Origin: Bacteroidales bacterium
Lineage (GTDB): Bacteria; Bacteroidota; Bacteroidia; Bacteroidales; UBA10428
DNA: 64,000 bases
Assembly: GCA_041737175.1 (NCBI GenBank)
Contig: JBGSSF010000012.1
Span: 19-64,018 of the forward strand
Direction of reading: 5' to 3'
Part shown: positions 39,873-49,836 of the stretch, piece after piece
Layout of the letters: every line of letters starts with the position of its first letter
How positions within the stretch are numbered: the stretch's first letter is position 1
Translations under genes and position numbers: made by a program
The notes under the pieces: model-generated
Database searches by the model: none
Told to the model about the DNA's origin: nothing
Seen by the model: the letters and a program-made list of their open reading frames with translations, nothing else

Positions 39873-42362
39873 ATGATCCGGCGACTGCTTCTGCTGATTG
39901 TGGTTCTTGTGCCATGCGGGTGGCTCTGGTCGCAGGATGACTATGTTACGGGCAGGGTGACCGATAGCATAAGTCACGAACCGCTGGCTTTCGTCAGCAT
40001 TGTATATAATGCATCGGGACAGGGAGTTGTGACCAATCTCGAAGGGATATTCCGTATTCCGCGGTCAAAAAATGTGCAGTTTCTGAAACTGAGATACCTG
40101 GGTTACCGGCAGATCACTATCTCATACCAGACAGTCAGATCCGGTAATAACCTGATTATCCGCATGGTTCCTGAGCCTTACGATATTGCTGAGGTCGTTG
40201 TATATCCCGGGGAGAACCCGGCACATCGCATTATTAAACTGGCATCCGAAAACCGGAATAAAAATAATCCCGAGAAAGCCGGTCCGTTTTCCTACATTGC
40301 TTATGAAAAAATGGTATTTGACATTGATCCCGATACTTCCCGGGTATCGGCGCCAAATGATTCAACAGTCCGGGGAAAGTTCACCCTGCCTGACAGCATT
40401 CCCATTGGCATGGACCAGAAGGGCAGGATTGACCTGCAACGGTTCCTGGATAAACAGCATTTATTGATCATTGAATCGGTAAGCAGCCGTAAGTTTTTTT
40501 CTCCGGAAAAGAACAGGGAAGAGGTCATCGCATCCAGGGTGTCCGGCATCTCACAACCCTCCTTCATGGTGCTGGCCAGGCAGTTTCAGTCATTTTCGTT
40601 CTATGATGATTTCGTGAACATTGCCAACAGGAAGTTCATTAATCCTATCAGTCCGGGCAGCACCGACAAGTATTTCTTTATTATTCAGGATACTGTATAT
40701 ACAGAGCGCCAGGATACGGTTTTCATTATTTCGTTCAGACCCTGGAAAGGACGTAATTTTGAGGGTTTGAAAGGACTACTCTACATCAATTCAAACGGGT
40801 ATGCCGTGCAAAATGTGCTGGCCGAAGCCAGTGAGGAGGATGCCATGTTCAGGGCTTCCATTCAGCAGCAATATGATTTTATGGAGTCCTCCCGGTGGTT
40901 TCCGACTATGCTGAACACCAGCGTAACTTTCAATACGGCACAGTTCGGCGGAGGCAAAATGCCTGTGAATATAGTTGGCAACGGAAAGTCCTATATTGTG
41001 AATGTCAAATTCAACCCGGCTTATGATAAGGATGAGTTCGACAAGGTTGAACTTGAGGTCAGCCCTGCAGCACACAAACAGCCCGAGGAGGTCTGGAACG
41101 CTTACCGCGTTGATTCACTCAGCATCAGGGAACTAGAAACTTACCGGGTAATTGACAGCCTTGGTAAAGCTGAACATCTTGACCGGACCATCAACTCTTT
41201 TGAAACCCTTTTCACAGGTTATTTGCCGGGACGATACTGGAGTTTTAATCTGCGGAGGTTTGTGGACTATAATCCATATGAGGGTTTCAGATTCGGGGCC
41301 GGAGGAAAAACCACCAGCCAGCTCTCCAGGAAATTCACACTGGGGGGATATCTTGCTTACGGCCTGCATGACAAGGCTTTTAAATACAGCGGCAGCTTAA
41401 CCTTTCATCTCTGGCCGGTTCATGAACTTGGATTTACTTTGCTTTACCGGAATGATGTGAATGAATCGGGAGGTGTCAGGTTCAATGAATCCTGGAATAT
41501 ATCGGGTTCAGCATTCATCAGGGATTATATGATTGAGGTAATGGACCAGACCAGGGAGGTTGAAGCGTCTGCAGCATTCCGAGCCCTGAAATATTTGACA
41601 GCGCAGACATATCTGATCCACAGTACGATTATCCCAACCAACGGATACGGTTACAGCCTCAACGAAGGCAATCCCCAGGTTCTTCTGACACGATTTTACC
41701 TCACTGAAACGGGTATCCGGTTGAAGTATGCCTTCAAGGAAACCTTCATGAAAACGCCCAGGGGCAATGAATTCTCTATGGGAACCGTTTATCCGGTGAT
41801 TTATTATAACCTGGCCCTCGGGGTGACCGGACTAAGAGGGGATTTTAATTACCGGCGCAGCGAATTGAAAATCACGAAAGTTTTTACAACAAGGACTTTC
41901 GGAGATACCCGTCTTGCTTTGGTTGCAGGTATGGTTACCGGGGATGTACCTTATAGTAAACTATACGTGGGGATGGGCAGTTACAAATCATTTACCCTGG
42001 AAGCAGAACACTCCTTCGGCACCATGCGTTTCAATGAATTCCTGTCCGACAGGTTCCTGGCCCTTTTTTTGAAGCAGGATTTCGGGAAACTTCTGTTCAA
42101 ACCACGCGGAAAATTTCAGCCGGAAATCGCCTTTGTTCAGAACATGGGCTTTGGTGAGCTCAGGAATGCCGGGCACCACGAGAATATATCTTTTAAAACC
42201 ATGGGCAAAGGATATTTTGAAAGCGGTTTGCTGATTAATAATATCTTCCGGATCCAGATATTGCGCTATGGTTTTGGTGTTATGTACCGGTATGGTTCCT
42301 ATGCATTTCCTGAAACTATGGATAACTTTGCATTTAAATTGACATTGCAGTTGAATATGTGA
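39873..42362 (+). CDS. CarboxypepD_reg-like domain + DUF5686-like outer-membrane protein
   Basis: Signal peptide, then VTGRVTDSISHEPLAFVSIVY (carboxypeptidase-regulatory-like fold) and a long beta-rich C-terminal region. The ATG at 39873 is preferred over the TTG at 39861, which overlaps the glmM stop. Confidence 0.6.
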   Translation: MIRRLLLLIVVLVPCGWLWSQDDYVTGRVTDSISHEPLAFVSIVYNASGQGVVTNLEGIFRIPRSKNVQFLKLRYLGYRQITISYQTVRSGNNLIIRMVPEPYDIAEVVVYPGENPAHRIIKLASENRNKNNPEKAGPFSYIAYEKMVFDIDPDTSRVSAPNDSTVRGKFTLPDSIPIGMDQKGRIDLQRFLDKQHLLIIESVSSRKFFSPEKNREEVIASRVSGISQPSFMVLARQFQSFSFYDDFVNIANRKFINPISPGSTDKYFFIIQDTVYTERQDTVFIISFRPWKGRNFEGLKGLLYINSNGYAVQNVLAEASEEDAMFRASIQQQYDFMESSRWFPTMLNTSVTFNTAQFGGGKMPVNIVGNGKSYIVNVKFNPAYDKDEFDKVELEVSPAAHKQPEEVWNAYRVDSLSIRELETYRVIDSLGKAEHLDRTINSFETLFTGYLPGRYWSFNLRRFVDYNPYEGFRFGAGGKTTSQLSRKFTLGGYLAYGLHDKAFKYSGSLTFHLWPVHELGFTLLYRNDVNESGGVRFNESWNISGSAFIRDYMIEVMDQTREVEASAAFRALKYLTAQTYLIHSTIIPTNGYGYSLNEGNPQVLLTRFYLTETGIRLKYAFKETFMKTPRGNEFSMGTVYPVIYYNLALGVTGLRGDFNYRRSELKITKVFTTRTFGDTRLALVAGMVTGDVPYSKLYVGMGSYKSFTLEAEHSFGTMRFNEFLSDRFLALFLKQDFGKLLFKPRGKFQPEIAFVQNMGFGELRNAGHHENISFKTMGKGYFESGLLINNIFRIQILRYGFGVMYRYGSYAFPETMDNFAFKLTLQLNM

Positions 42363-42406
42363 TGACTGAAGCCCAGGGTAATTGAATAGGCGAATGTCAT
42401 CAAAAG

Positions 42407-42462
42407 CCCCAGGCTTCACCCTGGGGTCAATGAATGCAGAAGACAAACAGGGCTTTAGCCCT
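42407..42462. repeat. REP-like palindromes in the DUF5686-era spacer
   Basis: CCCCAGG-CTTCAC-CCTGGGG (42407-42426) and AGGGCTTTAGCCCT (42449-42462). The AATGAATG spacer also occurs in the 7.5-kb cluster. Confidence 0.7.
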
Positions 42463-42481
42463 TTATTTATAAATATAAAAG

Positions 42482-43354
42482 ATGTTTAAATCAGGCTTTG
42501 TAAATATAATCGGCAATCCCAATGTTGGGAAATCTACCCTCATGAATGAGATGGTGGGCGAACGTCTTTCAATAATTACAGCAAAAGCGCAGACTACCCG
42601 TCACCGGATCCTGGGTATTGTTAACGGTGAAAATTTCCAGATTGTTTTTTCAGATACGCCCGGAATTGTAAAACCCGTTTATAAACTGCACGAAAACATG
42701 TTGCGGTTTGTAAGGACAGCCCTCTCAGATGCCGATGTTATCCTCTATGTAACCGATGTGGTGGAGACACCCGACAAAAATTTAAATTTTGTAGAAAAAA
42801 TCAGAAAATCTTCCGCCCCGGTCATTGTAGCTATTAACAAAACAGATCTGGCAACGCCTGAGTCACTTGAGATTCTTTCTGCGCAATGGAAGGAAATGCT
42901 TCCCGACGCATCGCTTATTCAGATATCCGCACTGCTTAAACACAATCTGAACGATCTGTTTGCTTTGATCCTGGAAAGACTTCCCGAGGGTCCTGTTTAT
43001 TATCCCGAAGAATCGCTTACCGACAGGCCCGAACGCTTCTTTGTGTCGGAAATCATCCGCGAAAAAATATTTCTGAACTATAAAAAGGAGATCCCTTATT
43101 CCTGTGAAGTGGTGATCGATTCATTCCGGGAATCCGAAGATATGGTTCGTATCAATGCAATCATTCACGTGATGCGTGATACACAAAAAGGCATCATTAT
43201 CGGGCATAAGGGTGGAGCGCTGAAAAAAACGGGCATTGATGCCCGCCTCGATATTGAAAAATTCCTGGGTACCAAAGTCTATTTGGGATTGCAGGTTAAG
43301 GTAGCGCAAGATTGGCGCAATAAGGACAAAATCCTGAAAAAGTTCGGATATTGA
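42482..43354 (+). CDS. era: GTPase Era
   Basis: G1 GNPNVGKST, G3 DTPG, G4 NKTD and a C-terminal KH domain. Length is 290 aa. Confidence 0.95.
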   Translation: MFKSGFVNIIGNPNVGKSTLMNEMVGERLSIITAKAQTTRHRILGIVNGENFQIVFSDTPGIVKPVYKLHENMLRFVRTALSDADVILYVTDVVETPDKNLNFVEKIRKSSAPVIVAINKTDLATPESLEILSAQWKEMLPDASLIQISALLKHNLNDLFALILERLPEGPVYYPEESLTDRPERFFVSEIIREKIFLNYKKEIPYSCEVVIDSFRESEDMVRINAIIHVMRDTQKGIIIGHKGGALKKTGIDARLDIEKFLGTKVYLGLQVKVAQDWRNKDKILKKFGY

Positions 43355-43355
43355 C

Positions 43356-43363
43356 TACCTTTG
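43356..43363 (+). promoter_or_regulatory. Bacteroidota -7 promoter box (TACCTTTG) for der
   Basis: Exact TAnnTTTG match 36 nt upstream of the der ATG. Confidence 0.4.
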
Positions 43364-43398
43364 CACAAATTGGGTAAAATGATAAAGCATATCAAGGA

Positions 43399-44703
43399 AT
43401 GAGTAATATTGTTGCCATAGTGGGTCGGCCGAATGTTGGGAAATCCACGTTGTTTAACCGGCTTACCGAAAGTCGCGAAGCCATTGTACATGAGACAAGC
43501 GGCGTAACCCGCGACCGGCATTATGGCAAATCGGTATGGAACGGAGTGGAATTTTCTGTAATTGATACCGGTGGATATGTGGAAGGTTCGGATGATATCT
43601 TCGAGGAAGAAATACGAAAGCAGGTTTTGCTGGCCATTGAGGAAGCCGACGTCCTGATATTCCTGGTGGATGTCCGGGAAGGCATTACGGATATGGACAA
43701 TACCATTGCCGGGCTTTTGCGCAAAGGCACCAAAAAAACCTTTGTGGTTGTGAATAAGGTTGATCATACCATGCAGCAATATGAAGGGGACATCTTCTAT
43801 AAACTGGGACTGGGAGAGCTGTATAAGATTTCTTCCATAAGCGGAAGCGGCACCGGTGATCTGCTGGATGACGTGGTGAAAGCATTTGCCGGAGCTGTGG
43901 AGGAGGAACTTCCTGAATTGCCTCGCATTGCAGTGGTCGGACGACCCAATGTGGGTAAATCTACGCTGATCAATGCGCTTCTCGGTGAAGATCGGCATAT
44001 CGTCACACCGATTGCCGGCACCACGCGCGATTCGATTTTCACCAGGTACAACAAATACAATCACGACTTTTTTCTGGTTGATACAGCTGGAATCAGAAAG
44101 AAGGGAAAGGTTACGGAAAACATAGAATTCTATTCCGTTATGCGTTCAATCCGCACCATTGAGTATTCGGATGTTTGCCTGCTCATGATTGATGCCGCCC
44201 AGGGGCTTGAATCCCAGGATTTATCCATACTTAGCATCATCCACAAGAACAACAAGGGATTGGTGATCCTGGTAAATAAATGGGACCTGCTTGAAAAATC
44301 AACGAACACGGCCAGGGATTATGAAAAGGAAATTCTAGAGAAAGTTGCACCTTTCCGGAATGTTCCGGTACTATTTATCTCTGCCCTGAACAAGGTGCGC
44401 ATACACAAGGTGATCGAAAAGGCCATGGAGGTCTGCAACAACAGGAGACGCAAGATACCGACTTCCGTGCTGAACGAGGTTATGCTCAAAGTCATCGAGC
44501 AATACCAGCCTCCGGCCCTCAAAGGCAAGTACGTGAAGATTAAATTTGTCACCCAGTTGCCCACCTATGCTCCGGCTTTTGCTTTTTTCTGCAATTTCCC
44601 GCAATATGTGAAGGATCCTTACAAGCGTTACCTGGAGAATCAAATCCGACAAAATTTTGATTTTACCGGGGTCCCTATACAAATATTCATGCGAAAAAAA
44701 TAA
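43399..44703 (+). CDS. der: Ribosome biogenesis GTPase Der (EngA)
   Basis: Two tandem GTPase domains (GRPNVGKST twice, DTGG/DTAG, NKVD/NKWD) and a KH-like C-terminus. Confidence 0.95.
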   Translation: MSNIVAIVGRPNVGKSTLFNRLTESREAIVHETSGVTRDRHYGKSVWNGVEFSVIDTGGYVEGSDDIFEEEIRKQVLLAIEEADVLIFLVDVREGITDMDNTIAGLLRKGTKKTFVVVNKVDHTMQQYEGDIFYKLGLGELYKISSISGSGTGDLLDDVVKAFAGAVEEELPELPRIAVVGRPNVGKSTLINALLGEDRHIVTPIAGTTRDSIFTRYNKYNHDFFLVDTAGIRKKGKVTENIEFYSVMRSIRTIEYSDVCLLMIDAAQGLESQDLSILSIIHKNNKGLVILVNKWDLLEKSTNTARDYEKEILEKVAPFRNVPVLFISALNKVRIHKVIEKAMEVCNNRRRKIPTSVLNEVMLKVIEQYQPPALKGKYVKIKFVTQLPTYAPAFAFFCNFPQYVKDPYKRYLENQIRQNFDFTGVPIQIFMRKK

Positions 44704-44752
44704 ATTTGGCTTATAATTTGAGGCATTCTGTTCAAAACCAGGCAATATAGTT

Positions 44753-45247
44753 ATGAAAACAATGCGCTTCATTATACCGGCACTCCTGTTTCCGGTAATC
44801 CTTTTTTTATCCTGTGAGCCTTTTGAAAAAGTCAGCGATGTGCCGGAGATCCACTTTAAAAGTTATTCACGGTATCTGGTGGATACCCTGGATTTAACCA
44901 TTGAATCAGGCGAGCTGGTTTTTTCATTCCGGGATGGTGATGCTGATTTTGGCGTGGATACGATTGAATATCCCGAGGATACTATTAACCTGTACATAAT
45001 CCCTTTTCAAAAGGTCGATCAGACCTACGATTCTATTGATATGGATATTTACGGACGTAAATATGCCATACATTCCAATGAACGGCTTGACCGCACTGGT
45101 CAGAACAAAACCATCCAGGGTGAAATCAAAGTTCGGATCTATTATTTTCTGATCCCGCCTTACGACACCATCCGGTATGATTTTTACATCATGGATAGGG
45201 CAGGGAATAAGAGTAATGTAGAGTCTACTTCTGATATAGGATTTTAA
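44753..45247 (+). CDS. Hypothetical lipoprotein (164 aa)
   Basis: Lipobox ILFLSC. No recognisable domain. Confidence 0.5.
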   Translation: MKTMRFIIPALLFPVILFLSCEPFEKVSDVPEIHFKSYSRYLVDTLDLTIESGELVFSFRDGDADFGVDTIEYPEDTINLYIIPFQKVDQTYDSIDMDIYGRKYAIHSNERLDRTGQNKTIQGEIKVRIYYFLIPPYDTIRYDFYIMDRAGNKSNVESTSDIGF

Positions 45248-45250
45248 TTA

Positions 45251-45338
45251 GTTATGCAGTTATGCAGTTATGCAGTTATGCAGTCTTGCAGTCTTGCAGT
45301 TATGCAGTCATGCAGTCATGCAGTCATGCAGACTTGCA
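45251..45338. repeat. Tandem octamer G(T/A)(T/C)(A/T)TGCA x11
   Basis: Counted directly: GTTATGCA x4, GTCTTGCA x2, GTTATGCA x1, GTCATGCA x3, GACTTGCA x1. The array begins 4 nt after the stop of the 164-aa gene. Confidence 0.95.
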
Positions 45339-45364
45339 GACGTTCTGCTATTAAAGACACATAT

Positions 45365-45403
45365 CGACTGCACGACTAAACGACTGCACGACTAAATGAC
45401 TGC
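45365..45403. repeat. 16-nt direct repeat CGACTGCACGACTAAA x2 plus a partial copy; inverted relative of the octamer array
   Basis: The reverse complement, TTTAGTCGTGCAGTCG, contains GTCGTGCA, the same octamer family. The repeat ends 4 nt before the OmpA-family gene stop. Confidence 0.9.
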
Positions 45404-45406
45404 TAA

Positions 45407-47404
45407 TTACTTCGCAGAATAATCTGTTCTAAGTACTTTAAACTCCGTCCGCCTGTTGAGGAAATGCGCCATTTCCTGCCGGTCTTCATCACTCAGGCCA
45501 TTGATAAAATTCTCGGAAAGAACCGTGCCTAATGGGAGGAAAGAATAGGCCGCGTTGTCCTGTTTGTCGACAGTTTTGGGCTGTGATTCACCATATCCCT
45601 TGGGAACCAGACGTTCTCGGGATATGCCTTTTTCAATCAGATAATTTACAACCGACTGGGCTCTGCGGCGTGACAGGTCCATATTGTAAGCATCAGATGC
45701 CCGAGAATCGGTATGTGAGCCCAGCTCAATGACAATATTCGGGTTATCATTAAGGGTTTCTACAAGTTTATCCAGAGAAACCATAGATTCCGGCCTCAGG
45801 TCGGCCTTGTCGAGATCGAAAAAGATGTTCTCCACCTCGATGGGGGTTTCGATGGAAGCCAGGAAGATCTCGGTTTTGAATTCAGTGCTTTGTGAGATCC
45901 CTTTGGTGGATTCCCGTTCCTTACCCTTTAAAAAGCCAGGTTTTTCGGCAATAAATACATAATCCGTACCGGGTTTCAAGGTAAACCTGAAAATACCGTC
46001 CCGTCCGGTTTTTGTGTCAAGGGTTATACCGTCGCTGCCAATGGATTTAATGATGGCTTCGGGGATGATCTCTTCGGTCTTTTCATTTTTCACAACTCCA
46101 ACAATGCTGAATTTGAGAGGGGGCAACAGGAAGGAGTAAATATCATCACCTGTCTTGCCTTTTCGGGAGGACGAAAAATAGCCACTTTCACGTTCCTTTT
46201 CAAAGATGATCCCGAAATCATCAGCAGCAGAATTGACCGGATATTTCATGTTATCAACCTGCCATTGTCCGCTTTCGCTTTTGACTGCTTTGTAAATGTC
46301 AAGTCCGCCCATGCCGATATGTCCGTTTGATGAAAAATACAAGGTTCCGTCGGCATGCACATAGGGGAATAATTCATCTCCCGGCGAATTGACGGGACTC
46401 CCCAGGTTGACCGGGCTGCCCCATTTTGCATTTGCGCTGGCGCGGGTTGCCATCCAGATATCTTTGCTGTTAATACCTTCGGAAGATTTTATGCTCCCTG
46501 CCATGTCAGAAACAAAATAGAGCGTCAGTTCGTCGGGTGAAACAGCCGGGTGGGCGATTACCGTACTGTCGTCGGCCAGGCCCAGCGACTGAACATCAAC
46601 CCATTTATCACCGTCACGGGTGGCGGTGAAAATCTCACATCCCAGGGCTTTACGCTTGCTTACGTTGCACCGTGTAAAGTACATGGTATTATAATCCGTG
46701 GAGAATACAGGTGTGCCTTCTTCTGCTTCGGTGTTAACTGTTTCGGGCAGGGGCAGGGGTGTACTCCATTTGCCTTTTTTGTCCATGGAAGAAAAGAAAA
46801 CATCCGCGAACTGCTGACCGGTGCCGCCATGTTCGGCATTGCCTGTTGTTTCATCCCTTGAAGAGGTGAAATACAACTCCTGGTAGTCGGAACGGGAATA
46901 AAAGGGACTGTAATCGTTGTTCTTTGAATTGATGAACTTCATTTCTTCTACCTGGTAACCTGTGGGCTGGTCAATCCATTGCAGGGCAAAATCACAGGAA
47001 AGAATGCCATCGGATCCGCGGGGATCATCGGGAACCAGTTCTTTATACCGCTGGTACTGGGCTTTGGCTTCTTCATAATTCTGGTTCTTTCGGAGCGCAT
47101 CGGCATAATACAATACAGAAAGCGGATTTTCATAATCTTTGGCAATCACCTTGCCATACCAAAGAGCGGCCTGGGGAGCGTTATCCATTTTGCGGTAGCA
47201 TTCGGCGATGTAAAAAGCCATGTGCAACTTTTCCTTTTTGTCAGTAGTCCTCTGATAGGCTTCCTTAAACTGATCAACGGCGATATAATACTCTCCTGCA
47301 TCGAAAGTAGTATAAGCTTTTGATGCTCTTTTATTTTGGGCGTCCACCGGCAGGAGCAGAAAGACGGGCAGGAAAGCGAACAGGAGATATTTCACTTGTT
47401 TCAT
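45407..47404 (-). CDS. OmpA family protein (TPR + PD40 repeats + CarboxypepD_reg-like + OmpA_C peptidoglycan-binding domain)
   Basis: C-terminal OmpA motifs (IELGSHTDSRASDAYNMDLSRRRAQSV, NRRTEFKV), N-terminal TPR-like helices, and PD40-like YFTSSRD/YFVSD/YFSSN repeats. Confidence 0.85.
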   Translation of the reverse strand: MKQVKYLLFAFLPVFLLLPVDAQNKRASKAYTTFDAGEYYIAVDQFKEAYQRTTDKKEKLHMAFYIAECYRKMDNAPQAALWYGKVIAKDYENPLSVLYYADALRKNQNYEEAKAQYQRYKELVPDDPRGSDGILSCDFALQWIDQPTGYQVEEMKFINSKNNDYSPFYSRSDYQELYFTSSRDETTGNAEHGGTGQQFADVFFSSMDKKGKWSTPLPLPETVNTEAEEGTPVFSTDYNTMYFTRCNVSKRKALGCEIFTATRDGDKWVDVQSLGLADDSTVIAHPAVSPDELTLYFVSDMAGSIKSSEGINSKDIWMATRASANAKWGSPVNLGSPVNSPGDELFPYVHADGTLYFSSNGHIGMGGLDIYKAVKSESGQWQVDNMKYPVNSAADDFGIIFEKERESGYFSSSRKGKTGDDIYSFLLPPLKFSIVGVVKNEKTEEIIPEAIIKSIGSDGITLDTKTGRDGIFRFTLKPGTDYVFIAEKPGFLKGKERESTKGISQSTEFKTEIFLASIETPIEVENIFFDLDKADLRPESMVSLDKLVETLNDNPNIVIELGSHTDSRASDAYNMDLSRRRAQSVVNYLIEKGISRERLVPKGYGESQPKTVDKQDNAAYSFLPLGTVLSENFINGLSDEDRQEMAHFLNRRTEFKVLRTDYSAK

Positions 47405-47530
47405 TTTCTTTCAATGTTTTTACAGTGATAAACGGATGATCATCAGACTTCGTATACAAAAATAGTATAATGAACAAATATAGTAAAAAGAAGATATACA
47501 CAGGATGGAAAGCTTTTGTGAGCCGGGAAC

Positions 47531-47568
47531 AAAAAAAGCCCCCGCCCCGCCGGTGCGGGAGGAGGGCT
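47531..47568 (-). terminator. GC-rich intrinsic terminator downstream of the GSIII gene
   Basis: On the minus strand, AGCCCTCCTCCCGCACCGGCGGGGCGGGGGCT is followed by T7. A second hairpin, CCCGTCC...GGACGGG, lies at 47570-47594. Confidence 0.6.
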
Positions 47569-47614
47569 GCCCCGTCCAGCCGGGGCGGGACGGGATTAAC
47601 CTAACAGAAGTATC

Positions 47615-49804
47615 TTAGCGGATGAACAGCAGTTCGCGGTATTTGGGCAACGGCCAGTATTCATCATCCACGATCAGCTCCAGCTTGTCAACATGATAAC
47701 GGATATCATCGAGGAAACAAAAAATCTTGGTTGAATATTCCATGGCTTTCTCTCTTTCATCTTCAATTTTATTGACCACTTTGCGGGCCTCGATCATTTC
47801 ATTGGTTTTGGCTTTGATATAACTGATGTGCTGCGAAATCATACGGATCAGTTCAAGCCGGGCGCCTGCCATCTCCTTGTACTCCTTCTCGTTGAATAGT
47901 TCCTTCAGGCCTTTTACATTTTCAATAAGCTCGGACTGGTAACGAATAGCTACCGGAACAATGTGGTTCATAACCAGGTCACCCATTACGCGTGCCTCAA
48001 TCTGAACGCGTTTGGTATAAATGTCCCAGCGTACGTGAGCGCGGGCTTCATTTTCACGTTCCGTTAATACATCGAGGGACGTGAAAAGCTTTTTGGATTT
48101 TGGAGACAGATAGGCATCCAGGGCTTCCACAGGATTGGTTAAATTGGAAAGTCCGCGTTTGGCAGCTTCTTTCTTCCATTCATCACTGTAATTGTTGCCT
48201 TCAAAACGGATGGGTTTGGAATCGGTAATATACTGCCGCAAAACCTGGAATATGGCTTCATCCTTTTTGATATCCTTGGCAATCAGCTTATCAACATCTT
48301 TCTTGAATTCAATAAGCTGCTCTGTTACTGCCGAATTCAGCACGGTCATAGCTACAGCCGTATTGGCCGAAGAACCAACCGCTCTGAATTCAAATTTATT
48401 CCCGGTGAATGCAAAGGGGGATGTCCGGTTCCTGTCGGTATTGTCAAGTAAAATGGGAGGGACCTTGATGATATTAAGCTTCAGTTCTGTTTTTTCGTCC
48501 GGCGTCATTTTATCATTGGAGACTTTTTTCTCAATTTTATTAAGCATGTCAGTCAACTGCTTGCCTATAAAAGCAGAAATGATGGCCGGAGGGGCTTCAT
48601 TGGCTCCCAGTCGATGCGCATTTCCAGTGGTTGCAACGCTGGCCCTGAGAAGGTCCGCATGTTTATATACGGCTTTCAGGGTGTTAACCAGGAAAGTAAG
48701 GAACTGCAAATTGCTTTTTGGATTTTTGCCCGGTGATAACAGGTTAATGCCTGTATTGGTAGCAAGTGACCAGTTGCAATGTTTGCCTGATCCGTTAACA
48801 TGGTTGAAGGGCTTTTCATGATGCAAAACAGCAAAATGATGATGCCGGGCAACCTTTCTCATCAAATCCATCAATAGTATATTGTGATCGACGGCCAGGT
48901 TGCATTCTTCGAAAATCGGGGCGCATTCAAACTGGTTGGGTGCAACTTCGTTATGCCTTGTTTTTACCGGGATACCCAGCTTATAAGACTCTGTTTCGAA
49001 TTCGTTCATAAAGGAAGATACTCTTTCGGGTATCGATCCGAAATACTGATCTTCCAGCTGCTGATCCTTGGAGGAAGCATGACCCATAAGTGTCCGTCCG
49101 GTAAGTACAAGATCGGGACGGGCATTGTACAGGGCCTCATCAACAAGAAAATATTCCTGTTCCCATCCCAGGGTTGATATGACCTTGTTTACATCCTTGT
49201 CGAAATACTGGCATACATCCACGGCAGCCATGTCGATGGCATGAAGGGCTTTGAGAAGCGGGGTTTTGTTGTCCAGGGCCTCACCGGTATAGGAAACAAA
49301 TATGGTGGGTATACTGAGGGTCTTGCCAACAATGAAGGCCGGGGATGAAGGATCCCATGCCGTGTATCCGCGTGCTTCAAAAGTATTTCGAATGCCCCCG
49401 CTTGGAAAACTGGAAGCATCCGGTTCCTGCTGGGCGAGCAATGATCCCGAGAATTTTTCGATTACCGTGCCGTCGTCTGCAAAATCAACAAATGTATCGT
49501 GTTTTTCCGCAGTTCCTTCTGTCAGAGGCTGAAACCAGTGCGTGTAGTGAGTAGCACCCATCTCAATTGCCCAGGCTTTCATACCTGAGGCAACCTGATC
49601 GGCTATTTTCCGATCGATCCTGGTGCCTTGTTCAATAGCATCCATAACATGGTTATAGGCCTCTTTCGAAAGATATTTAACCATCTTTCTTTTATCAAAT
49701 ACATTAATGCCAAAGTAATCCGAGATAAGTCCTTTGGGTGTTTCATAAGGAACTGCCTGCCTTCCAAATGCTTCTGAAAGTGCGCTAAAACGAATTTCTG
49801 CCAT
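47615..49804 (-). CDS. glnN: Type III glutamine synthetase (GSIII)
   Basis: The 729-aa length and N-terminus (FGINVFDKRKM...) are characteristic of Bacteroides-type GlnN. The central catalytic region is HHEKPFNHVNGSGKHCNWS. Confidence 0.9.
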   Translation of the reverse strand: MAEIRFSALSEAFGRQAVPYETPKGLISDYFGINVFDKRKMVKYLSKEAYNHVMDAIEQGTRIDRKIADQVASGMKAWAIEMGATHYTHWFQPLTEGTAEKHDTFVDFADDGTVIEKFSGSLLAQQEPDASSFPSGGIRNTFEARGYTAWDPSSPAFIVGKTLSIPTIFVSYTGEALDNKTPLLKALHAIDMAAVDVCQYFDKDVNKVISTLGWEQEYFLVDEALYNARPDLVLTGRTLMGHASSKDQQLEDQYFGSIPERVSSFMNEFETESYKLGIPVKTRHNEVAPNQFECAPIFEECNLAVDHNILLMDLMRKVARHHHFAVLHHEKPFNHVNGSGKHCNWSLATNTGINLLSPGKNPKSNLQFLTFLVNTLKAVYKHADLLRASVATTGNAHRLGANEAPPAIISAFIGKQLTDMLNKIEKKVSNDKMTPDEKTELKLNIIKVPPILLDNTDRNRTSPFAFTGNKFEFRAVGSSANTAVAMTVLNSAVTEQLIEFKKDVDKLIAKDIKKDEAIFQVLRQYITDSKPIRFEGNNYSDEWKKEAAKRGLSNLTNPVEALDAYLSPKSKKLFTSLDVLTERENEARAHVRWDIYTKRVQIEARVMGDLVMNHIVPVAIRYQSELIENVKGLKELFNEKEYKEMAGARLELIRMISQHISYIKAKTNEMIEARKVVNKIEDEREKAMEYSTKIFCFLDDIRYHVDKLELIVDDEYWPLPKYRELLFIR

Positions 49805-49828
49805 ATTGTTTTATTTAAATATTTGTGA

Positions 49829-49836
49829 CAAAAATA
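49829..49836 (-). promoter_or_regulatory. Bacteroidota -7 promoter box (TATTTTTG on the minus strand) for the GSIII gene
   Basis: The plus strand reads CAAAAATA, 25 nt upstream of the ATG at 49804. Confidence 0.45.

Noticed and set aside
41988-42446. 152-aa minus-strand ORF crossing the DUF5686-like gene end and the palindromic spacer
   Set aside because: It is partly a translation of REP-like palindromes (…DPRVKPGAFDD…) and is otherwise antisense to a long coding gene.
43279-44064. 261-aa minus-strand ORF overlapping the era 3' end and the first half of der
   Set aside because: It is long enough to look real, but it is antisense to two universally conserved GTPase genes whose G-motifs read perfectly on the plus strand. 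It spans their intergenic promoter and has no recognisable domain.
48192-48821. 209-aa plus-strand ORF inside the GSIII gene
   Set aside because: It is antisense to the conserved GSIII frame and its Ser/Leu-rich composition is typical of a shadow ORF.
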